64,000 bases of DNA, taken from assembly GCA_951406725.2 (NCBI GenBank), contig OX597824.1, forward strand, positions 29,388,001-29,452,000. The letters are read 5' to 3'. A program made the translations under genes and the position numbers. Positions 13,741-28,367 of the stretch are shown here, piece after piece. The stretch is from Octopus vulgaris. Taxonomy: Eukaryota. How positions within the stretch are numbered: position 1 is the stretch's first letter; each line of letters starts with the position of its first letter. Under the pieces are notes generated by a model. The model did no database searches. It worked only from the letters and a program-made list of their open reading frames with translations, and was not told the DNA's origin.

Positions 13741-14230
13741 ATATGAATTCAAGACAACTGTCAAATCTTAAAATCTTTCATAAGAATAAAGATTTACACT
13801 CGAAGAAGTTAAAATATAAGAATTCAAGACCAAAGCAAATGTGAATTTCATGCTAAAAATCTAATTCACTGTAACAGTTTCTCAGAAGAATACTAGTAAA
13901 GCAAAAACTAAGTGGATGGATCAGTTCAGGATACATAAACAACAAATGAATTTATGCAGACTTCTAAACAAGTCCAATGGTGAAAAGTACATAGGAACAA
14001 ATTATGTAAACTGGTGTTTATTGTAATTTCTCCTGTATTGTATATATATACATACATACATATATATGTGTGTTTGTGTGTGTGTGTGTGTGTATGTGCA
14101 TATATATGTATAAATATATGTACATGTATACACAAATACATACGTATACATTTATTTATAAATCTACATTTGTATAATGATATGTGTGTGTTGGTGTAGA
14201 TGTATATATGTGTACGTGAATGTGTGTGTA

Positions 14231-14268
<38 letters not shown>

Positions 14269-15337
14269 AAAAGATAAAGAAAATTAGAATCCATGAAATC
14301 TAAGTCACAGAAATAGATATGAAATTAAAACAGTTAAAACATGAAAACATCAGATAAAATTTAATAGCGAAAACAACACGACAATATAAAGATATAAGGT
14401 CTTTGTTCATCGTACTTGTAGAGGGAGCCAGTGTGTAAACAGGAAGGATGACGTCAAAAACTACACGGAGAAAACAAACGGAGATAGAAGTCAATGATAT
14501 CACCAGAGCCAATGTTATGTGTTATAATAACAGCAGAACATATCGTCAGGGGAATAGATAACGTCTCCATTTATAAGTACAAAACAGTGATGAGCTCGAA
14601 GACAACCACAATATCTTCAAGAATTTAAACAAGAGACTTTAGATAATAAAATAAACAAGGACTAGCTTCTACAACAACAGCAGTGACTGTAATTTATGAG
14701 TTAAAATCAATGTACCAATCAAAAGAAGACAAAATGTGTAATTTGGAGGATTGTTACTTGTAAACGAAGGAATATAACCTTATAGACATTTAAATATATT
14801 TACTATTATAATAATAACAATTATAAATTGTTCTCCTGCCCCCTCTTCCTCGTCTACTTCTTCTGATAGAGGTCGATAAAATAAGTACCAGTTAATCATG
14901 GGGACAACGTTATTCCCCACTCCTCTGAAATTGCTGGCGTTGTGCCAAAATTTGTAACCAATATCAATCGAATATGAATGAGCTAGATAGTGACAAATAT
15001 ACGTGTATGTACAAGTCGAGAGATTTAACGAATTCAACGTCCATTTTCCATGTCCATCGAAATTAGCTGAAATTTGAACATGTCACACTAAATAAGTCTC
15101 CATTGTACTTTATCTTCGTCGGATAAATAAATAGATAAATGGATAAATAGATAAGTACCATCAAAACTAAAGTAAATCGTATTGGTTAAAACTTCTGTTT
15201 CAAACTGGACAAAATCAGCCTGTATAGAAAGAATTGTGTTTCAGGATTAGTAGAAATTGTCTCCGACTGGACGTGATAATTCACAAAATCTGCCTAATTC
15301 TTCATGTTTGAAAAGAGGATAAAACAAGAGAGAAAAA

Positions 15338-15398
<61 letters not shown>

Positions 15399-15689
15399 AG
15401 GGAGAAGGCGATTATTGTAGAATCTGTTCAGAAAACTTCGAAGTCTTCAGTGTATTTCTAAAAGATATTTCTTGGGCGAAACGAGGGAAAATGAAAACAA
15501 AAGCTTAGCCGCTACTGACAAAATGTCTGGGATTGCAAAAGTTTCAAGGGAGCTTCTGTCTTGTGTTAACTGGTCCGTGAAGCAAACAGATAATTCTGGA
15601 GGAAGTTGTCCATAAGTAGCCAGGGTTTAGGTTATTATGTATTTGAAAAGAACTGGCTATTTAGGTGGTGTACATAGCGGTATTAGTTA

Positions 15690-16085
15690 TGGCGGTGGTA
15701 GTGGTGGTGGTGGTCGTCGTCGTCGTGATACTAATGGTTGTCGTGGTGATGATGGTGCTTTGATGACGGCGATAGTAAGGTGCTACTGGAGCTGGTGTTA
15801 GCGGTAGTAGTGATTGTAGTGGTAGTGGTAGTGATGGTCCTGAAGGTGATGCTAGCGGTCATGGTGGTGATGGTGGTGGTTGTGGTGACGGCAGCGGTGG
15901 TGGTGATGGAGGTGGTGGTGGTGGTGGTGGTGGTGGTGGTGCAGGTGCTGCTGCTGCTGGTAGTGATGGCTGTGTTGGCGCTAGTGTTTGTGCTGCTTCT
16001 GTTGGGGACACTGCTAGTGGTAGGGGTGTTTGTGATGGTGGTTGTAGTGAGATGTTTGCTGATGGTAGTGATGACGACGACGATA
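15690..16085. repeat. Degenerate (GGT)/(GAT) trinucleotide region
   Basis: Direct reading. Confidence 0.85.
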
Positions 16086-16089
16086 ACAT

Positions 16090-16308
16090 CTCTTTTACTC
16101 TTTTACGTGTTTAAGTCATTTGACTGTGGCCATGCTGGAGCACCGCCTTTTAGTCGAGCAAATCGACCTCATGCCTTATTCTTTGTAAGCCGGGTACTTA
16201 TTCTATGGGTCTCTTTTGCCGAACCGCTAGGTTACGGGGCGTAAACACACCAGCATCGGTTGTCAAGCGATGTTGGGTGGACAAACACAGACACACAAAC
16301 ATATACAT

Positions 16309-16384
<76 letters not shown>

Positions 16385-16533
16385 GACAAGCTTCTTTCAG
16401 TTTCCGTCTACCAAATCCACTCACAAGGCTTTGGTCGGTCCGAGGCTATAGTAGAAGACACTTGCCCAAGGTGCCACGAAGTGGGACTGAACCCGGAACC
16501 ATGTGGTTGGTAAGCAAGCTACTTACCACACAG
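16090..16533 (-). mobile_element. SINE family B, near full length, with an internal (TA)n microsatellite
   Basis: Colinear reverse complement of 53495-53898. Has a CORE-like ACCTTGGGCAAGT and the tail GGCGGTGCTCCAGCATGGCC. Confidence 0.92.
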
Positions 16534-17510
16534 CGACAATATCAAAGTTAATTTTATTGTTGTTGTCTATGTTTCTATTGAAATTTATGTTTGTCGTTGC
16601 TATTTATGGTATTGCAGCTTTTGTTGAGGCTGCTCTTGTTTTTGTCGACACAAATTATGCTTTTCTCTTTATTAATTTCGTTATTCCGATTACAGTTGCT
16701 GCTTGCATTTGTTTTGTATCGTTCTTGTTATTTGTAACTTATGTTGCAGTAATAGATTTATATTCTTTTCATATGCTAACCCCTTTCTACAACACTGAGC
16801 GTTTGTTCCTTCGATAATAACTTTAATATTCCATATTTCAGTCTTTTCTAATTTTCAATCTCCAAATACTTATGGAAAAACATGCGCAATCTATACAGAC
16901 TTGGGTCCTGATTTGTCTCAGATTTTATAAAGTTAGCAAGCGATTTACAATAACCCGACAAACAACTAAGATTCTTATCTGACATTGACCAAAATTATTT
17001 TCGCCTAAATCCAAGATTAAATCCAGTCTTAAGAAGAATTATAAGAATTATTATTACGATTCAGCGTAAACTCTGAGAGAAGTTTATATCTTTCTTATTT
17101 TGTTTTATATTTCAGATACACTTCCTGATTCCTGACAAGAAGAATAAGTCCGTGGAGTTTACTTTCTTCTTATTCTTGTATGATTTTGAAATATTATGGC
17201 ACTAAAGATCTCTGCTTATTATAATCATGTAACATACGTTATTTTAGATACTTGTTGGTTCAGCAAAGAAACTTTCATTAATCATAAGACAATTTTATGC
17301 ATATTTCACTCAAATGAATCGCTCATTGGCTTGAAAGAAAATAAGCTCCATCGTCTCGTGTCAAATCTCCTATAAAATTCGAAGATCGCATTATTACGAT
17401 TTCAAATCGTTATTACCATGCTCAATAAGTCGTTTGATTTAGCAGTCTGAATACTGACGCCACTGTGGTCCAGTCAAACTAAATCCCTTTCCTAAAATCC
17501 CCGCTGTAAA

Positions 17511-18185
17511 AGCGGTGAGCTGGCAGAAACGTTAGCACGCCGGGCGAAATGCTTTGCGGTATTTCGTCTGCCGCTACGTTCTGAGTTCAAATTCCGCCGA
17601 GATCGACATTGCCTTTCATCCTTTCGGGGTCGATAAATTAAGTACCAGATGCGTCGTACTAGGATCAATCTAAACGACTGGCCCTCTCCCCCAAAATTTC
17701 GGGCTTTGTGCCTTGAGTAGAAAAGAATTGTTGGAATGTCGGACAAAATGCCAAGCCGCATTTCTTCAGATTCTGTATGTTCTGAGATCAAATCCTTCAA
17801 AGACTGAATTTCAGGGTTGATAGAATAGGCACCGTTTGAACTTTGGGGTCGATATAATCAGCTAGCCTAAATTTCTAGCCTCCTGCCTACGGTACAAAGG
17901 ATTATTGCTATTATTGTGTAGTTATTTGTTTATATATTGTTGTTATATTGCTGTTATTATAAAAGTGAAGTCGGCAGCTGGCAGGATCGTTAGCATGTCG
18001 GACAAAACGCTTAACGGCATTTCTTCCTGCTTTTTGTTCTCACTTCAAATTCCTCCGACGTTGGCTTTGCCTTTCATGCTTTTAAGATCGATAAAATAAT
18101 TACCAGTCGAGCACTGGGGTCGATGTAATCGATTCGATTTCTCCCCACCAAAAATTCCATATCTTGTACTTATACTAGAAATAAT
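17511..18185 (+). mobile_element. Three tandem family A SINEs of increasing divergence
   Basis: Heads or central domains near 17511, 17730 and 17968. Confidence 0.8.
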
Positions 18186-18411
18186 TATACAACGGTAGGA
18201 GAAGTTGAAACATTAGAGCGTCAGACATACCTTTAGAGAAAGAAAACTGAATCTACGTAATCTGTTTTACATCCCGAGGACAGATTTAAAAAAGAAACCA
18301 TTTCCTTGAAGACAGGACAATGGCTACGGAGAAATATTGTGGCTATATTACATGTATTGCGTTAGCGTCTTGAATACTGCATCGTGTTCCATATATATAG
18401 TATTTTTATAA

Positions 18412-18638
18412 GTTTAAGCTTATATAGCGATCGTGGTGCAAGTGACTAAGGAAAATAGTCTAATAATGGGGGATATAAGCCCTCGGCAGAAAAAAAGTAG
18501 GCTTTTCCGTACGCGTGGGACTCGAACCCACATCCCACGCGTAGGGGAAAGCCTACTTTTTTCCGTCAACGGCTTATATGCCCGATTATTAGACTATTTT
18601 CTTTAGTCATTTGTACGGTGACCGCTATAAGCTTTAAC
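18412..18638. repeat. Imperfect inverted repeat (fold-back) with ~105-bp arms and a 12-nt loop
   Basis: AAAATAGTCTAATAAT..AAAAAAGTAGGCTTT..TACGCGTGGGA pairs with TCCCACGCGTA..AAAGCCTACTTTTTT..ATTATTAGACTATTTT. Confidence 0.92.
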
Positions 18639-18729
18639 CAAAAAAAAGAAAACAATTAATATTATTTACAGAATTGTAAAACTCGACACCGCTAAACAAA
18701 ACCATTCGCACCGAAATATATATATATGT

Positions 18730-18813
<84 letters not shown>

Positions 18814-19039
18814 TTAGAAAGCTCGTCCACGGTTATTGACAATCAAGTGTAGTTTCACAACGGAAACCGATCTTCTTAATGAAGATACACCCGGAAATCT
18901 AGGAATGTCCGTAGAGTATATATTTTAAAAATGTGTAAACAGGAGAGATTGGATTGAACAAATACGCTTCATTGCATGATGCTGATTTAGAATTTTGGTA
19001 CAAAGTTGGCGATTTCGGGAGGAGTAAGTCGATTATTCG

Positions 19040-19133
19040 AGTCACTGTTCTTCACAAGAGACGTTTTATGTCCGAATAATTGTTCGTAAAACCGATTTTT
19101 TAAGAGGCGTTCGCAAAACGAGGTCCCACTGTA
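19040..19133. mobile_element. pogo/Tigger-like MITE terminal fragment
   Basis: GGCGTTCGCAAAACGAGGTCCCACTG-TA end, related to the reverse complement of 31543-31632. Confidence 0.6.
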
Positions 19134-19160
19134 TATACCATAGTTGTACAAGAAGAACAG

Positions 19161-19556
19161 TGGAGGCGCAATGGCCCAGTGGTTAGGGCAGCGGACTCGC
19201 GGTCATAGGATCGCGATTTCGATTCCCAGACCGGGCGTTGTGAGTGTTTATTGAGCGGAAACACCTAAAGCTCCATGAGGCTCCGGCAGGGATGGTGGTG
19301 ATCCCTGCTGTACTCTTTCACCACAACTTTCTCTCACTCTTACTTCCTGCTTCTGTTGTACTTGTATTTCAAAGGCCCCTCAACAAAGGGCCGGCCTTGT
19401 CACTCTCTGTGTCACGCTGAATATCCCCAAGAACTACGTTAAGGGTACACGTGTCTGTGGAATGCTCAGCCACTTACACGTTAATTTCACGAGCAGGCTG
19501 TTCCGTTGATTCGGATCAACCGGAACCCTCGTCGTCGTAACCGACGGAGTGCTTTC
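19161..19556 (+). mobile_element. SINE family C (tRNA-Arg-like head), full length with a 12-bp TSD
   Basis: A box TGGCCCAGTGG, B box TTTCGATTCCC. ACAAGAAGAACA occurs at 19148-19159 and 19563-19574. Confidence 0.93.
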
Positions 19557-20199
19557 ATCATCACAAGAAGAACAAGTGTATCGACTAGAGCTAGAAGCAA
19601 ATATGAAGGACAAAAAGGATAAGAATATATATTGTATATTAAAGGAGTACAACAAACAGACCAGTGTCAATTTTAGCAAGGTAACTATAACAACAGCAAT
19701 AACACTACAGAGAACAATGGTAGAACAACAACAATATTTGTGACAGCAGCATTACAACAGAAACAACAAATCGAATAACAACAGCAATGACAGCAACAAT
19801 AGCAACAACAGCAGAGACAATAAACATGAGTAGGAAAAATGTGTTGAAAACTCCGTAGTAAACAAGTATCGTAAGATGTAAACATATGCCGAGGAATAGA
19901 AGGAAAAGAAACGAAAAAGAAAGAGAAAAGAAAAGGGAAGAGAACGAAAGATAAGAATGAAATAAAAAAGAACAAAAATGTAATTTAAATAAATAAAAAA
20001 AATAAATAAAGCAAAACAAATGAACAATCAGGTTAAGAATTGTGATGATTAGTTCGATTTTATGGAGGGGAAAGAGAAAAAGAAAATGAATAAAACAAAA
20101 TGTCTGCCAAAAGAATGACAAAAAAATGATGAGCGGGAAAATATTTCTTCATCTATTCAAGTACATATTAATTTACAAAAATACAAAAACATCTTTGTT

Positions 20200-21050
20200 A
20201 AATATTTACCTTTTATTTTCATTTATGTTTTTTTTTTACTTTTATTTAGACCTTTTCTTTCTTTTTCTTCTTTCTCTTCTGTTTTTCAGTACGTTTGCAG
20301 TCTCATTGTTTTTCTTTTCTTTTTCTTTTATTTATTATTTCACTTTTATCATCTTCCTTTTCTTGTTTCTTACCTTTCTTTCCAACTTTCCTTTGTTTTT
20401 CTCTCCATTTCTCTACTTTCTTCATTCCTGTCTTTCTCTCTTTTTTTCATCTCATTCTCTCATTGTTTCTTCCTTGCAGTCTTTCCTTATATTCACTTTC
20501 GTATACCTTTCTCTTTCTTCTATGACCCTCCCCCAATCACCCATTACTTCATTTTTACTATTTTCTCTTCTACCTCTTCTTCCTTATATATTTTTTCCTT
20601 CTTTCTCTTAGCCCTCTTTAATTCTTCCTTCCAGCTTTACTCCTAATTTTCTTTCTTACAGTTTCATTCCTTCTTTTTTCACTTATTTATAACTTACGAT
20701 ATTTCTTCTCCCCTTTCCCTTTCTTCCGTTCTTTCTTTTTGTTTTTCTTTCTTTCCTTCTTTCTTTTTCTTCCTTCTACCTTTTCAGCGACCAGTCTTTC
20801 TTTCATTCTTGATCTCTTGTTTTCTTCACTTATTCCTCTACCTCGTTCTGTTTTTCTCCTTTACTTTCCTCAACTCTCTTTAAGACATTCATTTTCTTCT
20901 TATTCTTTACACTAACAACTTACTTTCACTTTCCTGTCTGTTTTCACTAACGTCAGCCTCAACTTATTTCTCTCTCCCCCCCCCTTTCTCTCCCGGTCTC
21001 TTCCTCTTGCTCATCCCTTTCTCCCATCCAACTCGCTTTCGCCATTGTCT
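20200..21050. repeat. ~850-bp pyrimidine-rich (T/C) low-complexity tract
   Basis: Direct reading. Confidence 0.85.
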
Positions 21051-21164
21051 CATTTAATTCTGACACATATTGTCTTTCTTTCTCACTAACCTTGTTGTGT
21101 GTTATTATGTCTCAGAAACCTAAACTGTGCCAGTCAAACAAATATTTACAATCAACAACATATC

Positions 21165-21380
21165 GGTTTCAAATTTTGGTACAAGGCCAGCAATTTCGCG
21201 GAGGAGGTTAAGCCGATTACACTGACCCCAGTGTTCAACTGGTACTTATTTTATCGAGCCCAAAAGGATGAAAGGCAAAGTCGACAGCGGCGGAATTTGA
21301 ACTTAGAAAGTAAAGACGAACAAAATGCACCCAAGCATTTTGTACAGCGTGCTAACAATTTCGCCATCTTGCCGTCTTAA
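21165..21380 (-). mobile_element. SINE family A
   Basis: AACTGGTACTTATTTTATCGA..AAAGGATGAAAGGCAAAGTCGAC..GGAATTTGAAC. Confidence 0.85.
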
Positions 21381-21402
21381 CTAATAATAATAACAATAAC
21401 AA

Positions 21403-21612
21403 AATGCCCTAATGCAGTACCAGGCACTGACTCTCATGGCTTTTCATCTTCAACTGATTCGAAGTGTTATCATGTACATGTTTTGTCTTGGTATAAAAGA
21501 TGGGGCTAACAGCAAATATTCTGCTCAATACCACAGATTTGCTTGTCAGTTCCTTGACTTTAACCAGTTGAGCATATCCCGTAGTGGCTGATGATATGTG
21601 CATATCTGAAGA
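21403..21612 (+). mobile_element. Dispersed repeat family E fragment
   Basis: CTCTCATGGC..AACTGATT.GAAGTGTTATCATGTACAT..CAAATATTCTGCTCAATACCA, shared with 26012-26155 (minus) and 54540-55057. Confidence 0.8.
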
Positions 21613-21717
21613 TATGCACAAAATTATAGTATCCAAATCCTATATCCTGCCTGGGTAAAATGACCAAAATTTAAACATTTGTAACTTAAAAAAAAAATAA
21701 TAATTCTGAAAAATGTG

Positions 21718-21822
21718 AATTACCAACCACATGGTTCCGGGTTCATTCCCACTGCGTGGCAACTTGGGCGAACAAAGCCTTGTGAGTGGATTTGGTAGAC
21801 GGAAACTGAAACAAGCCCGTCG

Positions 21823-21892
<70 letters not shown>

Positions 21893-22100
21893 TGTGTGTG
21901 TCTGTGTGTGTCCCACCAACATCGCTTATCAAACGATGCTGGTGTGTTTATGCCCCTGCAACATAGCGGTTCGGCAAAAGTGACCGATAGAATAAGTACT
22001 AGGCTTACAAAGAATAAGTCCTGGGGTCAATTTCTTCGACTAAAGGCGGTGCTCCAGCATGGCCGCAGTCAAATGACTGAAACATGTAAAAGAGTAAAAA
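21718..22100 (+). mobile_element. SINE family B
   Basis: Colinear with the other B copies; internal (TA)(TG) array. Confidence 0.9.
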
Positions 22101-22254
22101 GTAGCCCTTGAGATTCAGCGTGGAAAATTACATTTATACACCAAACTTAAAATTTTTATTCACTAAACTTTGAAAATTTCCACGGGTGCAGCTAAGCAGA
22201 AAAAGATCCGATAAAATATGTATGTATGTATGTATGTGTGTATATGTATATGTA

Positions 22255-22450
22255 TTTGTGCGTCTGTGTTTGTCCCCCGCCACCATTGCTTGACAACCGG
22301 TGTTATTGTGTTTACATCCCCGTAACATAGCGGTTCCAATTGGATAAGTACCAGGCTTACAAAGAATAAGTCCATGGGTTGATTTGTTCGACTAAAGGTG
22401 GTGCTCCAGCATGGTCGCAGTCAAATGACAGAAACAAGTAAAAGAATAAA
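22255..22450 (+). mobile_element. SINE family B 3' half
   Basis: TGTTTGTCCCCC..GCTTGACAACCG..GGTGCTCCAGCATGGTCGCAGTCAAATGAC. Confidence 0.88.
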
Positions 22451-23842
22451 CGCACAAAAGATTGGTGCGTGATTTAAGGCATGTTTAGCTATTATTTTTA
22501 GCATATCTCATGACCACCATTTAATAAGCAAAAAATCACTACGCGAGCAAGAAGCTTGGTAACAGCTTAGCTTGTTACTATGGAAACAGGCACATATATG
22601 TGTCTGTGACTTTCGATTGGTTAAAATTTAGCAAATTTGCTTTATTTTCCCCGAAAGAATGAAAAGCAACTTTGACGTCAATGGGGTGTGAACCCAAAAC
22701 AGAAGTACAGGAAGAAATGAAACAAAGTATTTGACCTGCGCAACACATGAACATGAAATCAAAGAGATTTGCTCTGAGGGAACGTCGCTGAACTGTTGCA
22801 CCTCGTTTCTGTATCCAAACCATCCTTCTAGTGCCAGTGATACGAAACTATCAATCGAGTTCAGAGAAGAAACCCCTTTCGAACAAGGGTTTCGGCCCTT
22901 AACTTCTTGCAATCTAAAGGGGCCAGGCCGTAACCACGTCATGACTCTTGTATGCCCTTCTGTTGACAGTTTTTAGCCACTTATATATCGTAGAGTTGTG
23001 CATTCTAACCCTTTGGAGCATTCATCCAGTTCGAACTCATGGGTCTTGACTCAGCTTTTAAACTTATAATTAAATCATAAATAACGTTGGTTGTCATGGT
23101 AGCAGTGAGGTTTTAGTTGCTAATTTTGTACAAGCCATTGTAGACCTTTAGCTGGGCTAAAAAGTCACATTCGATCACAGCACCAGTAACAGTTAAGCTT
23201 CGTGCAATGGCCATACTCGATAACGAGGGGGCAGCCATAAATGTATGTATGTATGTATGTATGTATGTATGTATGTATGTATGTATGTATGTATGTATGT
23301 ATGTATGTATGTATGTAGGTACATGTGTGTCCGTCAATGCATGTATGTAAATATGTACATATGTGTCCGTGTATGTACGTACTTCTGTGTGTGTGTGTAA
23401 GTATGTTGGGGGTACAGCTGTGTGCTTATGACCGATATGGTTTCAACGGAAAACTGAAACCGCATTCTTGTTAAGCAAACTTAAATATGTTAAAATATTT
23501 TTTTTCCCTCCGTTGAGTTCTGCAATCCATTGTCTTTTGATTTAATCGAGTTAAATTAAAGGAAATAGGGTTTCTTCAAATATATTTTTCTACTTCCTAG
23601 AATTTCAAATTATCCTAAGAAAAAAATAATAACTGTTTATAATGAAACAACAGCACTATTGTGTAAACTTTAAATCGGTTCAAATATTTATGATAACCAA
23701 AAAAAAAAAAAAAAAGAATGGAAAAATTCAAACATTATATATGTTTATCAAATTCAATTTAAGAAGACGAAAAAAAGAAATACGGAATCTACATATGCCA
23801 AAAACACAATGCAACTTTATTGCATATTATTTCAGCTGAGCA

Positions 23843-24181
<339 letters not shown>

Positions 24182-24368
24182 GAAAATAGAGAGAATACTT
24201 TCAATTGTTGATATCAAAAGTCTTGAAGCAAGTTGCATATTTTTGAATTTCACTACACTCATATTTTATGAGATGAGTTTGTTCAAACAATTGTCCCCTG
24301 ACAGCTTTTAAAGAAAGAAAACTGTGTGTGTATGCATATATAAATACCTACATACGTATATACATACA

Positions 24369-24452
<84 letters not shown>

Positions 24453-24504
24453 AGCAAACATTAATTGAACATATGCTAAGTAAAACCACATCGTTTTTGC
24501 TGAA

Positions 24505-24560
<56 letters not shown>

Positions 24561-24573
24561 TAGATAGATATAC

Positions 24574-24632
<59 letters not shown>

Positions 24633-25148
24633 TACGTACACACATGCATATTTGTACAAAAAGAAATATAAATGTACATATATACATATGAATACATATG
24701 TGTGTGTCCGTGCGCGCTTGTGTGTGTGTTTGCGTGTGCACATTGTCTGTGTACATATTTCTTTTTTATTCAAGTAAGAGAGAGTAATTTATGCAGTTCA
24801 ATGTCAATATTCAGATCAGATTTAATTTACTAAAAGACATATATTATATATATATATAAGATATATGAACACACATATGTGTGTATGTGTGTGTTTGCGT
24901 GTATGTGAGTGAGCGGTAAATTTTTGCTTGGGTGTGAATATTTGTGTGTATTCCTGCTTGTGTGCATGTGTGTATATCTGTGTGTGTGTGTGTTTGTCTG
25001 TGTGTGTACATGAGGCATATGAGAACGTATATGACAAAGTAACTGAAATGTATGCGTATATCTATCTTGCGCTCCGTCTTTTTTTTGTTTTTTTCGGATA
25101 TACACTGCCATATTCTTATTATTCCATACTTTTTCGTGTATATACATA

Positions 25149-25203
<55 letters not shown>

Positions 25204-25500
25204 ATCGTACATAATTCATCTGAAGAAGAAGAAGAACAACAACAACAACAATAACAAGAGGAAGAAGGGGAAGAAGAAGAGGTAGGAGGAGGACGAGAAG
25301 AAGAAGAGAGGGAGAGAGATCGATGAGAAGGAGGAGGTGGTGGAGGTGGAGGAAAAGAAGGATGGCGATGATGAGTATGAGGAAGCGGAGATGGAGGAGG
25401 GGAAGTAGAAGCCGAAAAGAACAGTCGACGAAGAAAATATCTCTTTGTGTTAATGTTTGTGTTTTTGTCTGTGTTTGTATATGTTTGTGTGTGTGTGCAT

Positions 25501-25538
<38 letters not shown>

Positions 25539-25689
25539 TTGCGCGTGTGTGTGTGCTTATGTGCGCGTGTGTATAATAAAAATGGCAGTCGCATTAGGAT
25601 CTTTGTAGCAATGACCATCCATTTTAAGTTTGTGAACTAGGAATAATATTAATCATCGTAGATACGAACGTAACGAAAACGAATTCTCT

Positions 25690-26400
25690 TGTCTGTTCCG
25701 AAGTATTTTCCGGTTATGGACAACCAAGAATAATTTTCAAATGTTCTTGATCTGTCAGTGCTACGGAGTGACACTACTGGCTTAAGATAAACTCTACAGG
25801 TACGGATGTGCTGTCAGACGGGATTGTCCGAGGTGCGTGAAGAGTGAAAAGTTCCATCTGTTCTACACACACTGATTCAGTGTGCGGTTATTGCTGACTT
25901 ATAGAGTTAGACCGAACAGCTACTTTTTGGTGTGGGATGGATCCGACAATCGGCTGAGTATATAGTTGTGTAACTTTTAATCAGTGCGCCCTCTTTTATT
26001 CAGGCATTCTCATGCACATATCGTCAGCCACTAAGGGACATGGTAAACTGTCTGTGGTATTGAGCAGAATATTTGCTGTAGCCCATCGTTTATACCAAGA
26101 CAAAACAATGTATATGATAACATTTCCAATCAGTTAAGATCAGAAGCCATGAGAGTTTTCCCTTATCTGGTAGCTGTAGTGAAATAGGTTGCATGATGGA
26201 GGATGCTGAATGGCATAAGAGCAGAGGCATTCCTCTTTGGTAGAGCCCTCACCAACTTTTTCAACTTTTACTTGAAAAGGAAAGTGAGGCGGGAAAAGGT
26301 GCTGTCGTTGAATGAATTAATTTGAAAGTTGTGTGAAAGTTGCGAAAATGGCAAGAGTGTAGAGCCTTGAGACGGTAAAAATGACTTGGCGAAGGCACTT
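25690..26400 (+). mobile_element. Tx1/L1-type LINE ORF2 C-terminal remnant, interrupted by a family E fragment (26012-26155)
   Basis: ..DKLYRYGCAVRRDCPRC....LIQC (zinc-knuckle-like), continuing after the insertion as LVAVVK*VA*W..ALTNFFNFYLKRKVR. Confidence 0.6.
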
Positions 26401-26547
26401 GACCTTGGTTTTCAGAGATATCGACGGCAGGATTTCTGGATTATTCTTATAGATTCTCTTGTATCATCATCAATATCTTATTTACCCCTACTTTTCATTT
26501 ACTCTGGCATATTATATATACTTCCTTTCTTATTTTCATTTTATTCA

Positions 26548-26594
<47 letters not shown>

Positions 26595-26632
26595 CATACA
26601 TACATGCATACATACATACGTACATACATACA

Positions 26633-26664
<32 letters not shown>

Positions 26665-26826
26665 CACACGCACTTTATATCTGTCTTTGTATTGTCCCCC
26701 TAGTCCCCTCATCCTTTGCCTGTGTGGCAATTAATGAAATCATTATGATGACAATAATAACAATGATATTATTATATATTATTATTATTGTTGTTGTTGT
26801 TGTTGTTGTTATTATTATTATTATTG

Positions 26827-26861
<35 letters not shown>

Positions 26862-26865
26862 GTTG

Positions 26866-26906
<41 letters not shown>

Positions 26907-26922
26907 ATCATTATTATTATTA

Positions 26923-26998
<76 letters not shown>

Positions 26999-27210
26999 GC
27001 AGGGAGCTGGCTCAATCGTTAACACACTGGATGAAATGCTTAGCGGTATTTCGACCGTCGCTACTATGCGAGTTGAAATTCCGCCGAGGTCGACTGTGTC
27101 TGTCATCATTTCGGGGGTCGATAAATTAAGTACCAGTGAAACACTGGGGTCCATGTAATCGACTTGTCCCTTCCCCCCTGATTCCGGGCCCTGTGCCTTT
27201 AGCACAAAGG
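26999..27210 (+). mobile_element. SINE family A between (ATT)n and (ATC)n arrays
   Basis: GAGCTGGC..AATCGTTA..TTTCGGGGTCGATAAATTAAGTACCAG. Confidence 0.85.
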
Positions 27211-27220
27211 ATCATCATCG

Positions 27221-27338
<118 letters not shown>

Positions 27339-27724
27339 TATCATCATTAACATGATCATCAACCGCTTCTTCATTAATCATTTAAAGACTTCTGCGACAA
27401 TTAATTGTTCTCACTCATTAGATTTACAATTCAAAATTCTAAGGTTTCCTTCAATATTTCATAAAACACTTTTTATTTTTTTATTTGTTTTTTTTATTAT
27501 TGATTAATTCATTGAATTATTTATTGATGAGTTGTTATTTAACATCTTTTTTTGTTTCTTGTTGTTTTATTTGTTGTTGTTGTTGTTTCTGCGTTTGGGA
27601 TAGTGTTGCGGTAATGGTGGTGGTGGTGGTGGTGGTGGCGGTGAGGTATAATTTCAATTATATTTTATTCAGTTGCAACAAGTATTTTGCTTTTGTCTCA
27701 TTCTATTTCGATTCATTTTTCGCT

Positions 27725-27819
27725 TCATCGCCATCATCATCACCATCATCATCGTTATGACAGTCATTAGTATCGTCATCGTTGTCATCATCTTCATCAT
27801 CACCATCATAATCATCATC

Positions 27820-27851
<32 letters not shown>

Positions 27852-27855
27852 CATC

Positions 27856-27904
<49 letters not shown>

Positions 27905-28312
27905 CCACCACCATCATCACCATCATCGTTGTCGCCGTCACCATCGTCGTCTTCATCACTGTCATCGATGTTGTCGTCATCGTCATCCTACTTTTCCGCC
28001 TCCTCCTCCTCCTCCTCCTCCTCCTCCTCCTCCTCATCATCATCATCATCATCATCATCGCCATCATCATCATCATGATCGGCATCGCCAGCAACATTGT
28101 CGTCTTCATCATTATCATTCTGCAGCTCCTCCACCTTTTCTTCTTCTTCTTCACCATCTTCACCATCTTCAGCTTCATCATCATCATCAACTTTAGCTGA
28201 CGCACCAATATCAGTATAATGAACATCATTTTTTACGTCGTCGTCGTTGTCAACACAATCACCATCATCATCTTCATGACAAAATCTAACTTTTCTAATG
28301 ATGATGATGATG

Positions 28313-28367
<55 letters not shown>

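Noticed and set aside
14290-14790. Possible R4/Dong N-terminal ORF remnant (NDITRAN..KRL)
   Set aside because: Too degenerate to support without an alignment.
16860-17360. Possible decayed RT on the minus strand
   Set aside because: Only vague motif echoes, with no continuous frame.
19161-19235. tRNA-Arg-like gene
   Set aside because: It is the head of a TSD-flanked SINE and continues into the SINE body. The same holds for the other A/B-box heads.
22673-22680. CRE site TGACGTCA
   Set aside because: It lies within a decayed family A SINE central domain and is probably a chance product of decay.
22628-22976. Overlapping 81-104-aa non-repetitive ORFs
   Set aside because: No recognisable domain or splice structure. 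They may be decayed retroelement sequence.
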